From the NCBI GenBank assembly GCA_964019425.1, contig OZ025796.1, forward strand, positions 372,001 through 436,000: 64,000 nt of DNA, in the 5' to 3' direction. This DNA comes from Flectonema sp. DT1601. Its lineage: Eukaryota. Made by a program: the position numbers and the translations under genes. Below, one piece after another: positions 34,465 to 46,223 of the stretch (positions are counted from its first letter, which is position 1; each line of letters starts with the position of its first letter). The notes beneath the pieces were generated by a model. The model saw only the letters and a list, made by a program, of their open reading frames with translations, did not search any database and was not told where the DNA came from.

Positions 34465-35155
34465 ACATAAAAAGAAGGTTGTCTTCACGTGGAAGTAAGT
34501 AACATTCGTATCCTTACTTCCCTCCCTCTTGCTAAACATAAATTTATTCTGGCGATGGTTCTGATATTTGCTCTTTCGTTTTTTGATTTTTTTTCGCAAG
34601 TCTTGACTCACGTGCTCTTGGAATTGACGAGATCGCGTGAGAAAAGCTATTGTCAAGATTTGTTTTTAATTTTCGAAAACTCGCGAAGAAACTGTTCCTC
34701 CTCTCGTATTCTTTTTACCTCCCCTCCTTTTTTTTTTATATCCCCCAGGCGCAGAAACATATCCCAGTCGAAAGGGACTGTTTTCAGGCGTTGAGGGGGA
34801 AACAAAAAAAAAAAAAAAAAAAAGGGGTTTTTCTATTTCAGCTCTGAAGATAAACATACAGAGCGGGAATTTAATGTTTTCATTATCTTCACTGATCATT
34901 TCATTTCATTTTAATTTGCTTTCTCTTTCATTTCAATTCTAGCTCTGAAGATAAAAATATAGGGCAAACCATTTAATGTTTTCATTATCTTAATTCCTGT
35001 TGGAGTCTATTTTTATGTTAACTTCATTTCATTATTTCAACAGTCTCATTATTACTATGCAGGTGTGTGTTATCGTTTTCTTCACTCGGGTAGCGAATAT
35101 TTCCTTAAAAAGTCATTCTAATGTAATTCACTTACTCAACAGTTAAATATAAACC

Positions 35156-38100
35156 ATGAGAGTACTCAGTCTCTTTATATTGTTATCCTTATTGGGTGTT
35201 GGTAGTTCCCAATGCACCGCTTCAACTCTGATGGTGACGGGAGCGGGCACGACTTACGACTGCATGGTTGATTTGTCGTCGGAAGTAACCATGCACTGGA
35301 ATCGTGAATTGAGCGGGACAGCTGCTGTTGCGGTTACGACGACATCGGTCAACGGATGGTTTTCGGTGTCGTTTGCAGCAACTGTGGGGTCGATGATCCC
35401 AGCTGATGGTTTCATTTGTACCAGTGCTACCGCTGTGGATACCTACCGGATGAGATCAAGGTTTTCAGTTGGAGTTTATAGAAGTAGTTTGTTTCCGAAT
35501 CTCGAAGCCGCGACCACGGAAATTTCAAACGGTATGCGTATTCTGAGATTCAACGCCGCTGCAAATCTTCTGACGGCTGCCATGCCAGTGAACTTCGCTT
35601 TCCATTCATCTGAGACGGGATTTCGTGTGAACAGGCATACCACGGTTGGAAGTGTGGCTGTGAATTTCTTCCCGCCAACCCCACCGCCGACTCCACGACC
35701 AACCCCTACTCCAAGTTGCACGGCTTCAACTCTGATTCTGACGGGAAGCACGACTTACGACTGCATGGTGGATTTGTCGCCAGAGGTAACCCTTCACTGG
35801 TATCACGAAACAATCGAGACAACTGCTGTTGCTGCTACGACGACATCGATCAACGGATGGTTTTCAGTGTCGTTTCCTGATGCTTTGGGGTCCATGATCC
35901 CAGCTATTGGTGTCGCTTCGACCAGTGCGATCGCTGCGGACGTCTACTTGATGACTGGAAAGACAACAGCTGGAATCACTCCGGCGACGTTTACGGACAT
36001 CAACACCCCGACCACGGAGATTGTGAGCAACATGCGTATTCTGAGGTTCAACGTCGCTGCATCTTTTCTGACGGCTGCCATGCCGGTGAACTACGCTTTC
36101 CATTCGTCTGAGATGGAATTTCGTGTGAGCAAGCATACCACGGCAGGGAGCGTGGCTGTGAATTTCGTGGAACCAACTCCTCAACCGACCCCTGCTCCAC
36201 ATTGCGCGGATTCGACTCTGATTCAGACGGGAAGCAAAACTTACGACTGCATGATGACTGTGTCACCGGAATTTGCCATCCACTGGAATCGCGAGGCAAG
36301 CGGGAGAGCTGCTGTTGCGGCTACGACGACATCGGTCAACGGATGGTTTTCGGTGTCGTTTCCTGAAACTTTGGGATCCATGATCCCAGCAACCGGTGCC
36401 GTTTCGATCCGTGGTCTCACTGGGAACGTTATCGCTGCGTACATCCTCACAATCAATGAAAGGAGATCATTGGGAATCAATTTTATTGATCCTACGGACA
36501 TGGGCATCAACACGCAGACAACGGAAATTGTAAATGGTATTATCATTCTGAGATTCAACGTCGCTGCCTCTTTTCTGACGGCTGCCATGCCTGTGAACTT
36601 CGCTTTACATCCGAGTGAGCTCGGATTTCCTAAAACTAAGCATACTACGACAAGAAGTGTGGCTGTGAATTTCGTTGAACCAATTCCGGCACCAACTCCG
36701 CCACCAACTCCACTACCAACTCCACTACCAACTCCACTACCAGCCACTGCTCCATTTTGCATGGCTTCGACTCTGATTCAGACGGGAAGCAAAACTTACG
36801 ACTGCATGATGCATTTGTCCCCGGTAGTAATTATCCATTGGAATCGCGAGGCAAGCGGGAAAGTTGCTGTTGCGGCTACGACGACATTGGTGACCGGATG
36901 GTTTGCAATTGCGTTTCCTGAAACTTTGGGATCCATGATCCCAGCAACTGGTGTCGTCACGACCGGTGGTACGAACGGTAACGCTTTCAGGGACGTGGGC
37001 GTCATGTCAATAATTGAAAGGTCAGGATATCAATCTGGTGGACTTAATTTTGTTGTGTCTCCAAACATCGACACTCCGACCACGGATGTTGTAAACGGTA
37101 TTGTCGTTATGAGATTCAATGTCGCTGCGTCTTTTCTGACGACAGCCATGCCAGTGAACTTCGCTTTCCATTTATCTGAGATCGCATTTCCTGAAAGCCA
37201 GCATACTTCAGCGGGAAGTGTGACTGTGAATTTCGTGGAACCAACACCTGTGGTTCCGTTACCAACTGCTGTAGCTCCGGTTCCAACTGCTGTGGCTCCA
37301 GTTCCAACTGCTGTGGCTCCAGTTCCAACTGCTGTGGCTCCAGTTCCAACTGCTGTGGCTCCAGTTCCAACTGCTGTGGCTCCAGTTCCAACTGCTGTGG
37401 CTCCAGTTCCAACTGCTGTGGCTCCAGTTCCAACTGCTGTGGCTCCGGTTCCAACTGCTGTGGCTCCAGTTCCAACTGCTGTGGCTCCAGTTCCAACTGC
37501 TGTGGCTCCAGTTCCAACTGCTGTGGCTCCAGTTCCAACTGCTGTGGCTCCAGTTCCAACTGCTGTGGCTCCGGTTCCAACTGCTGTAGCTCCGGTACCA
37601 ACTGCTGTGGCTCCAGTTCCAACTGCTGTAGCTCCGTTACCAACTCCTGTAGCTCCGGTACCAACTCCTGTAGCTCCGGTGCCAACTGCGGCTGCTGTTG
37701 GTGGCTTTTCAGCTGATGGAACAATTAATTTTGAAGTAGTTGCGGAATTGTCTGACTTGTTAAGTCAGAGAGATACGTTAATAGCTGCCGCTTCAACAGA
37801 TTTAGGTGGTATTGCTCTCTGTGATAAGTTCTGTCAGGGTAATAATTGTTTTAATTGTGATGGCACTGCTGCTACTCAAAGATCTGTTACTACACTAGTC
37901 AGAGCAAATTGGAGGGTGATCTTGATTATAATTAATAATAAAAATGAGGGCATTACAAAATCAACTGTCGATAATTCATTAATGAAACTGTTGTCAAACA
38001 ATGCGGTTATTGAATACGTTGAAGGAAGTGCTGTTGTTTTTGCTGCGAATGGTAGCAGCCCCCAAGTTGTTGTTGTTGATGGTGACTTTGACGATGCTCA

Positions 38101-38668
38101 CACTCACGGAAAGATTATGGTGGCAATTTGGGCGTACTGGGTTCCTTTGTCAGTTGTTGTTAAGGTTCTTGGACCTTTTGTGTGTAAGGGAGAAGTGTTT
38201 GAGTATCCGATCCCATTGGTAATCCACATGGTCATGATGATTACCGCAATGTGTTTAACTACTGTTTTCGCTTCTATTGCATTGTCAGACTTTAACAACA
38301 GAGTAGACTATGGACATAGAGAACTTGGTATTACTTTATTAGTGATTGGGTGGGTTCAAATACTAAGTGGTCTTGTCAAGCCAGAGAAGGAATCTGAATA
38401 CAGAAAGTACTGGGGATGGGGACACGTTCTGTTTGGTATTTCAGTTGTGATAATTTCAATCGGTCAAATGGTGACCGGAGCTGAAAATATTAAACGCCTA
38501 TTCACAAATGACTCGAATGACGTTAGGATTGCTCTGATCGTTGGATTGGTCACCATGGGTGTTATTTATATTGTTGGGAAAATCTACGTCACTGTTACAA
38601 AGGAAGAAGTGATTTCGGTTGAAGAAAACAATAGAACTAAAGACTGTGAACCTGATGAAGAAATGTAA
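35156..38668 (+). CDS. CYBDOM protein copy 3 (4 DOMON, ~21-heptad stalk)
   Basis: Same protein as copy 2 but 98 aa (14 heptads) shorter in the stalk. Confidence 0.88.
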   Translation: MRVLSLFILLSLLGVGSSQCTASTLMVTGAGTTYDCMVDLSSEVTMHWNRELSGTAAVAVTTTSVNGWFSVSFAATVGSMIPADGFICTSATAVDTYRMRSRFSVGVYRSSLFPNLEAATTEISNGMRILRFNAAANLLTAAMPVNFAFHSSETGFRVNRHTTVGSVAVNFFPPTPPPTPRPTPTPSCTASTLILTGSTTYDCMVDLSPEVTLHWYHETIETTAVAATTTSINGWFSVSFPDALGSMIPAIGVASTSAIAADVYLMTGKTTAGITPATFTDINTPTTEIVSNMRILRFNVAASFLTAAMPVNYAFHSSEMEFRVSKHTTAGSVAVNFVEPTPQPTPAPHCADSTLIQTGSKTYDCMMTVSPEFAIHWNREASGRAAVAATTTSVNGWFSVSFPETLGSMIPATGAVSIRGLTGNVIAAYILTINERRSLGINFIDPTDMGINTQTTEIVNGIIILRFNVAASFLTAAMPVNFALHPSELGFPKTKHTTTRSVAVNFVEPIPAPTPPPTPLPTPLPTPLPATAPFCMASTLIQTGSKTYDCMMHLSPVVIIHWNREASGKVAVAATTTLVTGWFAIAFPETLGSMIPATGVVTTGGTNGNAFRDVGVMSIIERSGYQSGGLNFVVSPNIDTPTTDVVNGIVVMRFNVAASFLTTAMPVNFAFHLSEIAFPESQHTSAGSVTVNFVEPTPVVPLPTAVAPVPTAVAPVPTAVAPVPTAVAPVPTAVAPVPTAVAPVPTAVAPVPTAVAPVPTAVAPVPTAVAPVPTAVAPVPTAVAPVPTAVAPVPTAVAPVPTAVAPVPTAVAPVPTAVAPVPTAVAPLPTPVAPVPTPVAPVPTAAAVGGFSADGTINFEVVAELSDLLSQRDTLIAAASTDLGGIALCDKFCQGNNCFNCDGTAATQRSVTTLVRANWRVILIIINNKNEGITKSTVDNSLMKLLSNNAVIEYVEGSAVVFAANGSSPQVVVVDGDFDDAHTHGKIMVAIWAYWVPLSVVVKVLGPFVCKGEVFEYPIPLVIHMVMMITAMCLTTVFASIALSDFNNRVDYGHRELGITLLVIGWVQILSGLVKPEKESEYRKYWGWGHVLFGISVVIISIGQMVTGAENIKRLFTNDSNDVRIALIVGLVTMGVIYIVGKIYVTVTKEEVISVEENNRTKDCEPDEEM

Positions 38669-39360
38669 ACATAAAAAGAAGGTTGTCTTCACGTGGAAGT
38701 AAGTAACATTCGTATCCTTACTTCCCTCCCTCTTGCTAAACATAAATTTATTCTGGCGATGGTTCTGATATTTCCTCTTTCGTTTTTTGATTTTTTTTCG
38801 CAAGTCTTGACTCACGTGCTCTTGGAATTGACGAGATCGCGTGAGAAAAGCTATTGTCAAGATTTGTTTTTAATTTTCGAAAACTCGCGAAGAAACTGTT
38901 CCTCCTCTCGTATTCTTTTTACCTCCCCTCCTTTTTTTTTTTATATCCCCCAGGCGCAGAAACATATCCCAGTCGAAAGGGACTGTTTTCAGGCGTTGAG
39001 GGGGAAACAAAAAAAAAAAAAAAAAAAAAGGGTTTTTCTATTTCAGCTCTGAAGATAAACATACAGAGCGGGAATTTAATGTTTTCATTATCTTCACTGA
39101 TCATTTCATTTCATTTTAATTTGCTTTCTCTTTCATTTCAATTCTAGCTCTGAAGATAAAAATATAGGGCAAACCATTTAATGTTTTCATTATCTTAATT
39201 CCTGTTGGAGTCTATTTTTATGTTAACTTCATTTCATTATTTCAACAGTCTCATTATTACTATGCAGGTGTGTGTTATCGTTTTCTTCACTCGGGTAGCG
39301 AATATTTCCTTAAAAAGTCATTCTAATGTAATTCACTTACTCAACAGTTAAATATAAACC

Positions 39361-42300
39361 ATGAGAGTACTCAGTCTCTTTATATTGTTATCCTTATTGG
39401 GTGTTGGTAGTTCCCAATGCACCGCTTCAACTCTGATGGTGACGGGAGCGGGCACGACTTACGACTGCATGGTTGATTTGTCGTCGGAAGTAACCATGCA
39501 CTGGAATCGTGAATTGAGCGGGACAGCTGCTGTTGCGGTTACGACGACATCGGTCAACGGATGGTTTTCAGTGTCGTTTCCTGATGCTTTGGGGTCCATG
39601 ATCCCAGCTATTGGTGTCGCTTCGACCAGTGCGATCGCTGCGGACGTCTACTTGATGACTGGAAAGACAACAGCTGGAATCACTCCGGCGACGTTTACGG
39701 ACATCAACACCCCGACCACGGAGATTGTGAGCAACATGCGTATTCTGAGGTTCAACGTCGCTGCATCTTTTCTGACGGCTGCCATGCCGGTGAACTACGC
39801 TTTCCATTCGTCTGAGATGGAATTTCGTGTGAGCAAGCATACCACGGCAGGGAGCGTGGCTGTGAATTTCGTGGAACCAACTCCTCAACCGACCCCTGCT
39901 CCACATTGCGCGGATTCGACTCTGATTCAGACGGGAAGCAAAACTTACGACTGCATGATGACTGTGTCACCGGAATTTGCCATCCACTGGAATCGCGAGG
40001 CAAGCGGGAGAGCTGCTGTTGCGGCTACGACGACATCGGTCAACGGATGGTTTTCGGTGTCGTTTCCTGAAACTTTGGGATCCATGATCCCAGCAACCGG
40101 TGCCGTTTCGATCCGTGGTCTCACTGGGAACGTTATCGCTGCGTACATCCTCACAATCAATGAAAGGAGATCATTGGGAATCAATTTTATTGATCCTACG
40201 GACATGGGCATCAACACGCAGACAACGGAAATTGTAAATGGTATTATCATTCTGAGATTCAACGTCGCTGCCTCTTTTCTGACGGCTGCCATGCCTGTGA
40301 ACTTCGCTTTACATCCGAGTGAGCTCGGATTTCCTAAAACTAAGCATACTACGACAAGAAGTGTGGCTGTGAATTTCGTTGAACCAATTCCGGCACCAAC
40401 TCCGCCACCAACTCCACTACCAACTCCACTACCAACTCCACTACCAGCCACTGCTCCATTTTGCATGGCTTCGACTCTGATTCAGACGGGAAGCAAAACT
40501 TACGACTGCATGATGCATTTGTCCCCGGTAGTAATTATCCATTGGAATCGCGAGGCAAGCGGGAAAGTTGCTGTTGCGGCTACGACGACATTGGTGACCG
40601 GATGGTTTGCAATTGCGTTTCCTGAAACTTTGGGATCCATGATCCCAGCAACTGGTGTCGTCACGACCGGTGGTACGAACGGTAACGCTTTCAGGGACGT
40701 GGGCGTCATGTCAATAATTGAAAGGTCAGGATATCAATCTGGTGGACTTAATTTTGTTGTGTCTCCAAACATCGACACTCCGACCACGGATGTTGTAAAC
40801 GGTATTGTCGTTATGAGATTCAATGTCGCTGCGTCTTTTCTGACGACAGCCATGCCAGTGAACTTCGCTTTCCATTTATCTGAGATCGCATTTCCTGAAA
40901 GCCAGCATACTTCAGCGGGAAGTGTGACTGTGAATTTCGTGGAACCAACACCTGTGGTTCCGTTACCAACTGCTGTAGCTCCGGTTCCAACTGCTGTGGC
41001 TCCAGTTCCAACTGCTGTGGCTCCAGTTCCAACTGCTGTGGCTCCAGTTCCAACTGCTGTGGCTCCAGTTCCAACTGCTGTGGCTCCAGTTCCAACTGCT
41101 GTGGCTCCAGTTCCAACTGCTGTGGCTCCAGTTCCAACTGCTGTGGCTCCGGTTCCAACTGCTGTGGCTCCAGTTCCAACTGCTGTGGCTCCAGTTCCAA
41201 CTGCTGTGGCTCCAGTTCCAACTGCTGTGGCTCCAGTTCCAACTGCTGTGGCTCCAGTTCCAACTGCTGTGGCTCCAGTTCCAACTGCTGTGGCTCCAGT
41301 TCCAACTGCTGTGGCTCCAGTTCCAACTGCTGTGGCTCCAGTTCCAACTGCTGTGGCTCCAGTTCCAACTGCTGTGGCTCCAGTTCCAACTGCTGTGGCT
41401 CCAGTTCCAACTGCTGTGGCTCCAGTTCCAACTGCTGTGGCTCCAGTTCCAACTGCTGTGGCTCCGGTTCCAACTGCTGTGGCACCGAGGCCAACTCCTG
41501 CAGCTCCGGTACCAACTGCTGTGGCTCCAGTTCCAACTGCTGTGGCTCCGGTTCCAACTGCTGTGGCTCCAGTTCCAACTGCTGTGGCTCCAGTTCCAAC
41601 TGCTGTGGCTCCAGTTCCAACTGCTGTGGCTCCAGTTCCAACTGCTGTGGCTCCGGTTCCAACTGCTGTAGCTCCGGTACCAACTGCTGTGGCTCCAGTT
41701 CCAACTGCTGTAGCTCCGTTACCAACTCCTGTAGCTCCGGTACCAACTCCTGTAGCTCCGGTGCCAACTGCGGCTGCTGTTGGTGGCTTTTCAGCTGATG
41801 GAACAATTAATTTTGAAGTAGTTGCGGAATTGTCTGACTTGTTAAGTCAGAGAGATACGTTAATAGCTGCCGCTTCAACAGATTTAGGTGGTATTGCTCT
41901 CTGTGATAAGTTCTGTCAGGGTAATAATTGTTTTAATTGTGATGGCACTGCTGCTACTCAAAGATCTGTTACTACACTAGTCAGAGCAAATTGGAGGGTG
42001 ATCTTGATTATAATTAATAATAAAAATGAGGGCATTACAAAATCAACTGTCGATAATTCATTAATGAAACTGTTGTCAAACAATGCGGTTATTGAATACG
42101 TTGAAGGAAGTGCTGTTGTTTTTGCTGCGAATGGTAGCAGCCCCCAAGTTGTTGTTGTTGATGGTGACTTTGACGATGCTCACACTCACGGAAAGATTAT
42201 GGTGGCAATTTGGGCGTACTGGGTTCCTTTGTCAGTTGTTGTTAAGGTTCTTGGACCTTTTGTGTGTAAGGGAGAAGTGTTTGAGTATCCGATCCCATTG

Positions 42301-42750
42301 GTAATCCACATGGTCATGATGATTACCGCAATGTGTTTAACTACTGTTTTCGCTTCTATTGCCTTGTCAGACTTTAACAACAGAGTAGACTATGGACATA
42401 GAGAACTTGGTATTACTTTATTAGTGATTGGGTGGGTTCAAATACTAAGTGGTCTTGTCAAGCCAGAGAAGGAATCTGAATACAGAAAGTACTGGGGATG
42501 GGGACACGTTCTGTTTGGTATTTCAGTTGTGATAATTTCAATCGGTCAAATGGTGACCGGAGCTGAAAATATTAAACGCCTATTCACAAATGACTCGAAT
42601 GACGTTAGGATTGCTCTGATCGTTGGATTGGTCACCATGGGTGTTATTTATATTGTTGGGAAAATCTACGTCACTGTTACAAAGGAAGAAGTGATTTCGG
42701 TTGAAGAAAACAATAGAACTAAAGACTGTGAACCTGATGAAGAAATGTAA
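39361..42750 (+). CDS. CYBDOM protein copy 4 (3 DOMON, ~39-heptad stalk)
   Basis: An in-frame 501-bp difference fuses DOMON1 to DOMON2; otherwise as copy 2 with a longer stalk. Confidence 0.88.
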   Translation: MRVLSLFILLSLLGVGSSQCTASTLMVTGAGTTYDCMVDLSSEVTMHWNRELSGTAAVAVTTTSVNGWFSVSFPDALGSMIPAIGVASTSAIAADVYLMTGKTTAGITPATFTDINTPTTEIVSNMRILRFNVAASFLTAAMPVNYAFHSSEMEFRVSKHTTAGSVAVNFVEPTPQPTPAPHCADSTLIQTGSKTYDCMMTVSPEFAIHWNREASGRAAVAATTTSVNGWFSVSFPETLGSMIPATGAVSIRGLTGNVIAAYILTINERRSLGINFIDPTDMGINTQTTEIVNGIIILRFNVAASFLTAAMPVNFALHPSELGFPKTKHTTTRSVAVNFVEPIPAPTPPPTPLPTPLPTPLPATAPFCMASTLIQTGSKTYDCMMHLSPVVIIHWNREASGKVAVAATTTLVTGWFAIAFPETLGSMIPATGVVTTGGTNGNAFRDVGVMSIIERSGYQSGGLNFVVSPNIDTPTTDVVNGIVVMRFNVAASFLTTAMPVNFAFHLSEIAFPESQHTSAGSVTVNFVEPTPVVPLPTAVAPVPTAVAPVPTAVAPVPTAVAPVPTAVAPVPTAVAPVPTAVAPVPTAVAPVPTAVAPVPTAVAPVPTAVAPVPTAVAPVPTAVAPVPTAVAPVPTAVAPVPTAVAPVPTAVAPVPTAVAPVPTAVAPVPTAVAPVPTAVAPVPTAVAPVPTAVAPVPTAVAPVPTAVAPRPTPAAPVPTAVAPVPTAVAPVPTAVAPVPTAVAPVPTAVAPVPTAVAPVPTAVAPVPTAVAPVPTAVAPVPTAVAPLPTPVAPVPTPVAPVPTAAAVGGFSADGTINFEVVAELSDLLSQRDTLIAAASTDLGGIALCDKFCQGNNCFNCDGTAATQRSVTTLVRANWRVILIIINNKNEGITKSTVDNSLMKLLSNNAVIEYVEGSAVVFAANGSSPQVVVVDGDFDDAHTHGKIMVAIWAYWVPLSVVVKVLGPFVCKGEVFEYPIPLVIHMVMMITAMCLTTVFASIALSDFNNRVDYGHRELGITLLVIGWVQILSGLVKPEKESEYRKYWGWGHVLFGISVVIISIGQMVTGAENIKRLFTNDSNDVRIALIVGLVTMGVIYIVGKIYVTVTKEEVISVEENNRTKDCEPDEEM

Positions 42751-43442
42751 ACATAAAAAGAAGGTTGTCTTCACGTGGAAGTAAGTAACATTCGTATCCT
42801 TACTTCCCTCCCTCTTGCTAAACATAAATTTATTCTGGCGATGGTTCTGATATTTCCTCTTTCGTTTTTTGATTTTTTTTCGCAAGTCTTGACTCACGTG
42901 CTCTTGGAATTGACGAGATCGCGTGAGAAAAGCTATTGTCAAGATTTGTTTTTAATTTTCGAAAACTCGCGAAGAAACTGTTCCTCCTCTCGTATTCTTT
43001 TTACCTCCCCTCCTTTTTTTTTTTATATCCCCCAGGCGCAGAAACATATCCCAGTCGAAAGGGACTGTTTTCAGGCGTTGAGGGGGAAACAAAAAAAAAA
43101 AAAAAAAAAAAGGGTTTTTCTATTTCAGCTCTGAAGATAAACATACAGAGCGGGAATTTAATGTTTTCATTATCTTCACTGATCATTTCATTTCATTTTA
43201 ATTTGCTTTCTCTTTCATTTCAATTCTAGCTCTGAAGATAAAAATATAGGGCAAACCATTTAATGTTTTCATTATCTTAATTCCTGTTGGAGTCTATTTT
43301 TATGTTAACTTCATTTCATTATTTCAACAGTCTCATTATTACTATGCAGGTGTGTGTTATCGTTTTCTTCACTCGGGTAGCGAATATTTCCTTAAAAAGT
43401 CATTCTAATGTAATTCACTTACTCAACAGTTAAATATAAACC

Positions 43443-46223
43443 ATGAGAGTACTCAGTCTCTTTATATTGTTATCCTTATTGGGTGTTGGTAGTTCCCAAT
43501 GCACCGCTTCAACTCTGATGGTGACGGGAGCGGGCACGACTTACGACTGCATGGTTGATTTGTCGTCGGAAGTAACCATGCACTGGAATCGTGAATTGAG
43601 CGGGACAGCTGCTGTTGCGGTTACGACGACATCGGTCAACGGATGGTTTTCAGTGTCGTTTCCTGATGCTTTGGGGTCCATGATCCCAGCTATTGGTGTC
43701 GCTTCGACCAGTGCGATCGCTGCGGACGTCTACTTGATGACTGGAAAGACAACAGCTGGAATCACTCCGGCGACGTTTACGGACATCAACACCCCGACCA
43801 CGGAGATTGTGAGCAACATGCGTATTCTGAGGTTCAACGTCGCTGCATCTTTTCTGACGGCTGCCATGCCGGTGAACTACGCTTTCCATTCGTCTGAGAT
43901 GGAATTTCGTGTGAGCAAGCATACCACGGCAGGGAGCGTGGCTGTGAATTTCGTGGAACCAACTCCTCAACCGACCCCTGCTCCACATTGCGCGGATTCG
44001 ACTCTGATTCAGACGGGAAGCAAAACTTACGACTGCATGATGACTGTGTCACCGGAATTTGCCATCCACTGGAATCGCGAGGCAAGCGGGAGAGCTGCTG
44101 TTGCGGCTACGACGACATCGGTCAACGGATGGTTTTCGGTGTCGTTTCCTGAAACTTTGGGATCCATGATCCCAGCAACCGGTGCCGTTTCGATCCGTGG
44201 TCTCACTGGGAACGTTATCGCTGCGTACATCCTCACAATCAATGAAAGGAGATCATTGGGAATCAATTTTATTGATCCTACGGACATGGGCATCAACACG
44301 CAGACAACGGAAATTGTAAATGGTATTATCATTCTGAGATTCAACGTCGCTGCCTCTTTTCTGACGGCTGCCATGCCTGTGAACTTCGCTTTACATCCGA
44401 GTGAGCTCGGATTTCCTAAAACTAAGCATACTACGACAAGAAGTGTGGCTGTGAATTTCGTTGAACCAATTCCGGCACCAACTCCGCCACCAACTCCACT
44501 ACCAACTCCACTACCAACTCCACTACCAGCCACTGCTCCATTTTGCATGGCTTCGACTCTGATTCAGACGGGAAGCAAAACTTACGACTGCATGATGCAT
44601 TTGTCCCCGGTAGTAATTATCCATTGGAATCGCGAGGCAAGCGGGAAAGTTGCTGTTGCGGCTACGACGACATTGGTGACCGGATGGTTTGCAATTGCGT
44701 TTCCTGAAACTTTGGGATCCATGATCCCAGCAACTGGTGTCGTCACGACCGGTGGTACGAACGGTAACGCTTTCAGGGACGTGGGCGTCATGTCAATAAT
44801 TGAAAGGTCAGGATATCAATCTGGTGGACTTAATTTTGTTGTGTCTCCAAACATCGACACTCCGACCACGGATGTTGTAAACGGTATTGTCGTTATGAGA
44901 TTCAATGTCGCTGCGTCTTTTCTGACGACAGCCATGCCAGTGAACTTCGCTTTCCATTTATCTGAGATCGCATTTCCTGAAAGCCAGCATACTTCAGCGG
45001 GAAGTGTGACTGTGAATTTCGTGGAACCAACACCTGTGGCTCCGTTACCAACTGCTGTAGCTCCGGTTCCAACTGCTGTGGCACCGAGGCCAACTGCTGT
45101 GGCTCCGAGGCCAACTGCTGTAGCTCCGTTACCAACTGCTGTGGCTCCGTTACCAACTCCTGTAGCTCCGGTACCAACTCCTGTGGCTCCGTTACCAACT
45201 CCTGTAGCTCCGGTACCAACTCCTGTAGCTCCGGTGCCAACTGCGGCTGCTGTTGGTGGCTTTTCAGCTGATGGAACAATTAATTTTGAAGTAGTTGCGG
45301 AATTGTCTGACTTGTTAAGTGAGAGAGATACGTTAGTAGCTGCCGCTTCAACAGATTTAGGTGGTATTGCTCTCTGTGATAAGTTCTGTCAGGGTAATAA
45401 TTGTTTTAATTGTGATGGCACTGCTGCTACTCAAAGATCTGTTACTACACTAGTCAGAGCAAATTGGAGGGTGATCTTGATTATAATTAATAATAAAAAT
45501 GAGGGCATTACAAAATCAACTGTCGATAATTCATTAATGAAACTGTTGTCAAACAATGCGGTTATTGAATACGTTGAAGGAAGTGCTGTTGTTTTTGCTG
45601 CGAATGGTAGCAGCCCCCAAGTTGTTGTTGTTGATGGTGACTTTGACGATGCTCACACTCACGGAAAGATTATGGTGGCAATTTGGGCGTACTGGGTTCC
45701 TTTGTCAGTTGTTGTTAAGGTTCTTGGACCTTTTGTGTGTAAGGGAGAAGTGTTTGAGTATCCGATCCCATTGGTAATCCACATGGTCATGATGATTACC
45801 GCAATGTGTTTAACTACTGTTTTCGCTTCTATTGCCTTGTCAGACTTTAACAACAGAGTAGACTATGGACATAGAGAACTTGGTATTACTTTATTAGTGA
45901 TTGGGTGGGTTCAAATACTAAGTGGTCTTGTCAAGCCAGAGAAGGAATCTGAATACAGAAAGTACTGGGGATGGGGACACGTTCTGTTTGGTATTTCAGT
46001 TGTGATAATTTCAATCGGTCAAATGGTGACCGGAGCTGAAAATATTAAACGCCTATTCACAAATGACTCGAATGACGTTAGGATTGCTCTGATCGTTGGA
46101 TTGGTCACCATGGGTGTTATTTATATTGTTGGGAAAATCTACGTCACTGTTACAAAGGAAGAAGTGATTTCGGTTGAAGAAAACAACGAAACTAAAGACT
46201 GTGAGCCTGATCATGAAATGTAA
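43443..46223 (+). CDS. CYBDOM protein copy 5 (3 DOMON, ~10-heptad stalk)
   Basis: Same DOMON1/2 fusion as copy 4, a short stalk and private substitutions (SERDTLV, NNETK, PDHEM). Confidence 0.88.
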   Translation: MRVLSLFILLSLLGVGSSQCTASTLMVTGAGTTYDCMVDLSSEVTMHWNRELSGTAAVAVTTTSVNGWFSVSFPDALGSMIPAIGVASTSAIAADVYLMTGKTTAGITPATFTDINTPTTEIVSNMRILRFNVAASFLTAAMPVNYAFHSSEMEFRVSKHTTAGSVAVNFVEPTPQPTPAPHCADSTLIQTGSKTYDCMMTVSPEFAIHWNREASGRAAVAATTTSVNGWFSVSFPETLGSMIPATGAVSIRGLTGNVIAAYILTINERRSLGINFIDPTDMGINTQTTEIVNGIIILRFNVAASFLTAAMPVNFALHPSELGFPKTKHTTTRSVAVNFVEPIPAPTPPPTPLPTPLPTPLPATAPFCMASTLIQTGSKTYDCMMHLSPVVIIHWNREASGKVAVAATTTLVTGWFAIAFPETLGSMIPATGVVTTGGTNGNAFRDVGVMSIIERSGYQSGGLNFVVSPNIDTPTTDVVNGIVVMRFNVAASFLTTAMPVNFAFHLSEIAFPESQHTSAGSVTVNFVEPTPVAPLPTAVAPVPTAVAPRPTAVAPRPTAVAPLPTAVAPLPTPVAPVPTPVAPLPTPVAPVPTPVAPVPTAAAVGGFSADGTINFEVVAELSDLLSERDTLVAAASTDLGGIALCDKFCQGNNCFNCDGTAATQRSVTTLVRANWRVILIIINNKNEGITKSTVDNSLMKLLSNNAVIEYVEGSAVVFAANGSSPQVVVVDGDFDDAHTHGKIMVAIWAYWVPLSVVVKVLGPFVCKGEVFEYPIPLVIHMVMMITAMCLTTVFASIALSDFNNRVDYGHRELGITLLVIGWVQILSGLVKPEKESEYRKYWGWGHVLFGISVVIISIGQMVTGAENIKRLFTNDSNDVRIALIVGLVTMGVIYIVGKIYVTVTKEEVISVEENNETKDCEPDHEM

